A DNA stretch of 64,000 bases, taken from assembly GCF_027921745.1 (NCBI RefSeq), contig NC_079238.1, positions 2,294,001 to 2,358,000 of the forward strand, in the 5' to 3' direction. The stretch's first letter is position 1. Each line of letters starts with the position of its first letter. The position numbers were made by a program, and so were the translations under genes. Of the stretch, positions 59,473 through 64,000 are shown in pieces. This DNA comes from Schizosaccharomyces osmophilus (lineage: Eukaryota). A model generated the notes under the pieces. It made no database searches and was not told the DNA's origin. It worked only from the letters and a program-made list of their open reading frames with translations.

Positions 59473-61011
59473 ATGGACCAAGAACAGCCATGCAAAATCC
59501 CTGGGCTTTCTTTAATATACAATGAAGAACCTCCTAAGCAGGAAAACGTTTCGGAGGCGCCATCCATGATTGAGAATTTACAAAACCAGGCAAATATATC
59601 GCCTCCAGAAAGCAGCCGACCCCCTACAGAGGATGACTCTGTAACATTAAATTCAAATGAAATTGATAAAAGAGAGGAAGCTGTTACACCCAATATGGCT
59701 GCTAAAGATGCTTCTACCGAACAACAAAGCCAAGAAGGTTCAGGTCTAAAGGTAGGAGAACCAGAAAAGCAAGTAACGAATCATACAAAATCTTCTATGG
59801 ACGTTTTAGATATGGCACTCGCAAATCCAACGGCTTGTGTTGTCCCTTCATCTACAAAGCCGGTTTACGTTGATGATTCACTCAACACAGCGGAAAATTT
59901 CATTGTTTCTGGCCAGCCGTCTGAAGGGAATACAGTGCAGGAAGAGAAAATTGAAGAAGAAGAAAAAGAAAAACCGGTTAATTCCCGATCAGATGCCGAG
60001 TCTTCAGAGTCTTCAGAGTCTGATTCAGAGTCTGATTCAGATTCAGATTCTAATAGCACTTCTAGCTTATCTGAAGTTCAGGAGACTGAAAAGCTAGAAT
60101 TGGAGCAGGAATCCGAAGCTACTCCGCCTAAAACTATACATGAAATGCCTGAGGAAGTGTACGAGCGCCCGACAATCGAGCTTGGACCTGATTCTCTTAT
60201 AGAACCTTTGGGACAGGTTTTACAGGTTCTAAAGAAAGAACTTGTTGTCCAAAGTGATGTCCAAAATGAGGAACTTATCTTCGATGAAAAAACCGTTCTC
60301 TGTTTTGAGGATAAGACAATTGTTGGATTTATCCATGAAACTTTTGGTCCTGTTTCTTCTCCTTTTTATGTTGTAAGGTTTACTAATGAGGAGGAATGTG
60401 CATCTATCAATCCTTTCGTCGGCAAAAAGGTGTTTTATGTTCCTACCATGGCAAATCGACTTGACCCAGAACCTTTAAAGTATATCAAAGGAAGTGATGC
60501 TAGCAACGTATACGATGAGGAAATCAATCCTTCCGAACAAGAGTTTTCAGATGATGAAGCTGAGGTTGTTGCTAAACAGAACAAACGTAAAAAGAAGAGA
60601 AAGACAAAACCGACTTCTCAGCCTTCCATGGCCGAAGTCGAAGCTCCTCATCGGCCAATGCCAAGAGCAAGCTCAATGTATGCTCCACAAACGCCGGCTC
60701 CTCCTCCTCTATCTTCCCTTCCTCATCACATGCCAGCTCCAGCGAGTGCTCCGTACAACTTTTATCCCGTCCATCCTGGTTTTATGGTACCACCCCCTTC
60801 GGGTCCGCTCCCCAACTATGGTCTTCCTTTACCTAATGTTACTCCTTTTCCTCAGCATAGAGAATATGCCAGGCCGGGTATGCCACCTCAATTTCAGATG
60901 CCTAGAACGGGCAGTCCAGCGGAATCGCCTTCCAATTTCTCCATGCCACCATATTCTCAACATGGACAAATTAAGCCGACGCCGCCATTCCATCGAAGAG
61001 ATTGGGCATAA
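59473..61011 (+). CDS. naf1: H/ACA snoRNP assembly factor Naf1
   Basis: Acidic Ser-rich N-terminus, Gar1-like domain ETFGPVSSPFY, KGSDASNVYDEE..EQEFSDDE, Pro-rich tail. Confidence 0.92.
   Translation: MDQEQPCKIPGLSLIYNEEPPKQENVSEAPSMIENLQNQANISPPESSRPPTEDDSVTLNSNEIDKREEAVTPNMAAKDASTEQQSQEGSGLKVGEPEKQVTNHTKSSMDVLDMALANPTACVVPSSTKPVYVDDSLNTAENFIVSGQPSEGNTVQEEKIEEEEKEKPVNSRSDAESSESSESDSESDSDSDSNSTSSLSEVQETEKLELEQESEATPPKTIHEMPEEVYERPTIELGPDSLIEPLGQVLQVLKKELVVQSDVQNEELIFDEKTVLCFEDKTIVGFIHETFGPVSSPFYVVRFTNEEECASINPFVGKKVFYVPTMANRLDPEPLKYIKGSDASNVYDEEINPSEQEFSDDEAEVVAKQNKRKKKRKTKPTSQPSMAEVEAPHRPMPRASSMYAPQTPAPPPLSSLPHHMPAPASAPYNFYPVHPGFMVPPPSGPLPNYGLPLPNVTPFPQHREYARPGMPPQFQMPRTGSPAESPSNFSMPPYSQHGQIKPTPPFHRRDWA
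60001..60051 (+). repeat. Coding low-complexity repeat (TCAGAG/TCAGAT units; Ser-Glu/Ser-Asp tract of Naf1)
   Basis: tcttcagagtcttcagagtctgattcagagtctgattcagattcagattct. Confidence 0.7.
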
Positions 61012-61668
61012 TACTAGCAAGAGACAGCGACTTCACTTTTAATTATAACGTTCGAATTACTTGGGCTTTACTATTGGATTTTGGTTATTATGTCGGTTAA
61101 TCCATCAAAGTTTTTGTAGTTTGTAAGACGGAACAGTTACGCTTCTGTCTTTTTTTGGGTTTCTTTTGGTTTCACATGGATTTGTTGGTAATGAATAAAG
61201 GATGTATTTTTTTAGATTGTATCCTCGTTGTTAGTAATGTAAGCTTCTTCGTATGCACGTCTAAACTATAGTTTACATATTGCTTCGGTTACCATTTATA
61301 GTTATGAATTTTGGCTAAACAAAGACTGAGCAAACTATGTATCTAGTAAAAATCTAACCTCTCTATTAATTAATAAATGAGTTGGAACTGTTTGAAAAAT
61401 TTCAAGTAGCAAAGATTAGGTCAAGTCCATTTCAATATCAACTCAGAGCAGTACACGCCTGTATTTACTAATGTCATTGATTTAGGATAATTGAACTCAT
61501 TTTTTGATTGCAAACTAATTTTTTAATATTTTAAAATTTATCAATATTGTATTGCATATCTTCAAGTGTCTTGTTTATTACTTATATCCGGGTATATATA
61601 ATATTTGAGCTTGCTGCTTTATTAAAATAGGAAATTAATATTTCGACCGTATATATACTCTTTTTAGT

Positions 61669-62607
61669 ATGAACTCTGTTAAAGTTGGATTTTTGGGACC
61701 CAAAGGAACGTTTAGCAATAAAGTGAGTGTTAGCTATGGGCGCGTCTGATACAAGGTCATGTCTATTAACTAGTTAAAAGGCAGCACTTTTAGCAAAACC
61801 CGATGCCATTCACATTTCATTGCCGACGCTAGCAGGTATGCCTTTAGAGGATGAAACAGTGTACTAACATTCCCAAATACAGCTGTGGTAGAGGCAATTG
61901 AATCACACCAAGTAAATTTGGGGCTTCTACCTATTGAAAACTCCACGAATGGTTCTGTAATTCCTGCTTATGATCTCTTAAAATATAATAAAGACATAGT
62001 AGTTTTGGACGAGATACTGGTACCCGTTCATCACTGTATTGTTGGCCATTCTCTAAACAATGCTAATAGACTTTTGAGTCATCCTCAGGCTTTCGGGCAA
62101 TGTACAAAATGGATTAAGGACAACCTACCTGGTGTAACTGCTGTGCCAGTTAATTCGACAAGTCACGCAGCAGAAATCGCATCTAATGATCAAACGGGCT
62201 CTACGCTAGCAATTTCTAGCCAGTTCTGTGCAGATGCATACAACTACAAAGTGTTGGTGAAGGACGTTGAAGATGATCAAAATAACTGCACCAGATTTCT
62301 TTTATTAACTTCTCGTGTTTCCAACACAATTCCGATTGCGCCCGAATGTACAAGAGAAAAAAAGACATTTTTGCAGTTCACAGTCTCTCACACAAAAAAG
62401 CTTAATTATATTTTTCAAATGCTTCTTCAAGAAAACTCAGCTTTTACGAACTTGGTCACACGTCCCTCTTGTCAAAATCCTTGGACATACGTATACTTTA
62501 TAGAGTGCGTCGGTTTGTCACAAACACTTCTGTTACGAATTGAATCAGTTTGTGATGAATTTAGTTTTATGGGAAGTTACGAAAATAAGACTACAAAAGT
62601 AGTTTAA
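61669..62607 (+). CDS. pha2: Prephenate dehydratase
   Basis: FLGPKGTFS, PIENSTNG, SHPQAFGQC, NCTRF; introns about 61723-61780 and 61836-61882. Confidence 0.93.
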
Positions 62608-62891
62608 CAATACCCGGAGAGTTCAAATAAGAGTTGAGAATAAAAGTTAATATTTGCAACATAGAAAAATAAATTGCAGTCATTAGTCAAATATAAAAGA
62701 AAGAAAATTCAAACAAAAGAGTATTGGTATAAAAGGATAGCTTTCAAATTTATAGTCGAAAGCGTACATCAAAATAGATAGATAGACTGAATGATGGTCT
62801 TTTGAAAGTTCAAGCAAGGGTCATTATAACAATAGTGAAAACATGCAAAAATCAAGAATAAACGTACATGTAATCGTTAACAGTTTTTGCT

Positions 62892-64000
62892 TTAATCTTT
62901 TTTATGTTCATTAAAGGCTTCTTGTTCCTCCCCATTTAAAGCGGTTTCCTTCTGAGATTCGTCGGAACCATTTTGCTTTGCTTCCGAAGGAGATTCATTT
63001 TTTTCGTTTTCGACAATTTTGGGTGAAGATTCTTCTTTGGCATCTTCGAAGACTTGTGCTTTGGTCTTTTCCTTATCCTCAGAAGCCAAATTTGATGGTT
63101 TGCTATTCTGAGGCGCATCCATTAAGCCAAGATCTTCCTCCTCGGCTTCTTTCTTCACCAAATGGTCATCATCTTTCGAATAACCATAAAGTGGAACGTC
63201 TTCCAAACCACTTTCCAAAACGGCAGTTGAAGAGCTCAAGTCTTGGTCATTAGAACTTCCTTGGTCCTTTGGAGTAACAGAGGTATTCTTGGACTCTTGT
63301 TTCTTATGTTTTCTCTTTTCGGCCTTACGGGCTCTATACTTTAGAATATCGAGATAGGACCATTGTTCACGGGGAGGACCGTAGATAAGACGCAAGGAGT
63401 TATCTTCCTCATCTACCACCCATTTTCCGTTCTCCATATCGTAAGCCACAATGGCTAAGAAGTCGGCCCAAGAACGGGCAATGACATATTTAGTATCTTG
63501 GTCACGACCGAAGAGAATCACTTGTCCCCAATGCCCAGCGGGACCTGGAGCAAGGTCTACAGCAATGTTATTACCGACAAAATCCTTGGCGAGTGGAATC
63601 CAGCCAGGATGAGCATAAACGCATTGAACAGCACCAGGTGGAAAAGAAGATTGACGGGAAGCGACGGCTTGGTCGATCTTTCCAGCTATAGTGGCTTCAG
63701 CGTAAGACTGAGCAACACGACGCCAAAGCTCAGATTCCTCTTCAATTTCCTCAATATCCAATAATGTAACACCGAATAAGATTCCGGTGAGATGACCACC
63801 ACGATCTTGGCCATCGTGGATATACATACTTTCTCGAACGTCACGAGGTAAAGTGCACTCCAGTTCATACTCAAGGCTGTCAACATCAGCGGCGGTAGCG
63901 CCTGGACATAATTGGCAGTACAGCTCATAATAGTTTTCTTCAGCCCATCGGTCAACGCGTCTCCAAGACTCAGAAACGGGAGCAGGCAAGTTAGCAGTTC
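62892..64000 (-). CDS. smi1: Smi1/Knr4 cell-wall glucan synthesis regulator; 5' end outside the window
   Basis: HDGQ, HPGWIPL, GNNIAVDLAPGP, GQVILFGRD; acidic tail. Confidence 0.92.
   Translation of the reverse strand, partial: TANLPAPVSESWRRVDRWAEENYYELYCQLCPGATAADVDSLEYELECTLPRDVRESMYIHDGQDRGGHLTGILFGVTLLDIEEIEEESELWRRVAQSYAEATIAGKIDQAVASRQSSFPPGAVQCVYAHPGWIPLAKDFVGNNIAVDLAPGPAGHWGQVILFGRDQDTKYVIARSWADFLAIVAYDMENGKWVVDEEDNSLRLIYGPPREQWSYLDILKYRARKAEKRKHKKQESKNTSVTPKDQGSSNDQDLSSSTAVLESGLEDVPLYGYSKDDDHLVKKEAEEEDLGLMDAPQNSKPSNLASEDKEKTKAQVFEDAKEESSPKIVENEKNESPSEAKQNGSDESQKETALNGEEQEAFNEHKKD

Noticed and set aside
1..64000. tRNA, rRNA, LTR/Tf retrotransposon, wtf or CRISPR features
   Set aside because: None detected by eye; tRNAscan-SE, Infernal and a repeat-library search would be needed to exclude small or degenerate ones

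Overview
Gene-dense eukaryotic chromosomal DNA from a fission yeast. It is Schizosaccharomyces but not S. pombe itself; the octosporus/cryophilus/osmophilus clade is my inference. From recalled protein sequences and gene order, the window is collinear with the S. pombe chromosome II cosmid run SPBC4C3-SPBC1778-SPBC30D10. It contains about 32 recognisable protein genes from nuc1/rpa1 (3'-truncated) to smi1 (5'-truncated), many with short GT-AG introns that the ORF track splits or misses; I rebuilt these by hand. I found no tRNA, rRNA, transposon or CRISPR. Best leads: (1) an unassigned 91-aa two-transmembrane ORF between tor1 and gpi1, preceded by tandem GTAAACA (FLEX/forkhead) boxes and ending 134 bp before gpi1; (2) a DFG-to-DFA change in the Tor1 kinase domain; (3) a palindromic MCB cluster in the spo6/npy1 divergent promoter; (4) a consensus intron in the swi3 3' region, where an S. 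pombe gene appears to be missing; (5) an orphan ORF stack ending in a poly(A) tract, plus a PDRE-like tandem palindrome upstream of a dienelactone hydrolase. Gene names rest on memory of S. pombe orthologues, not on database searches.
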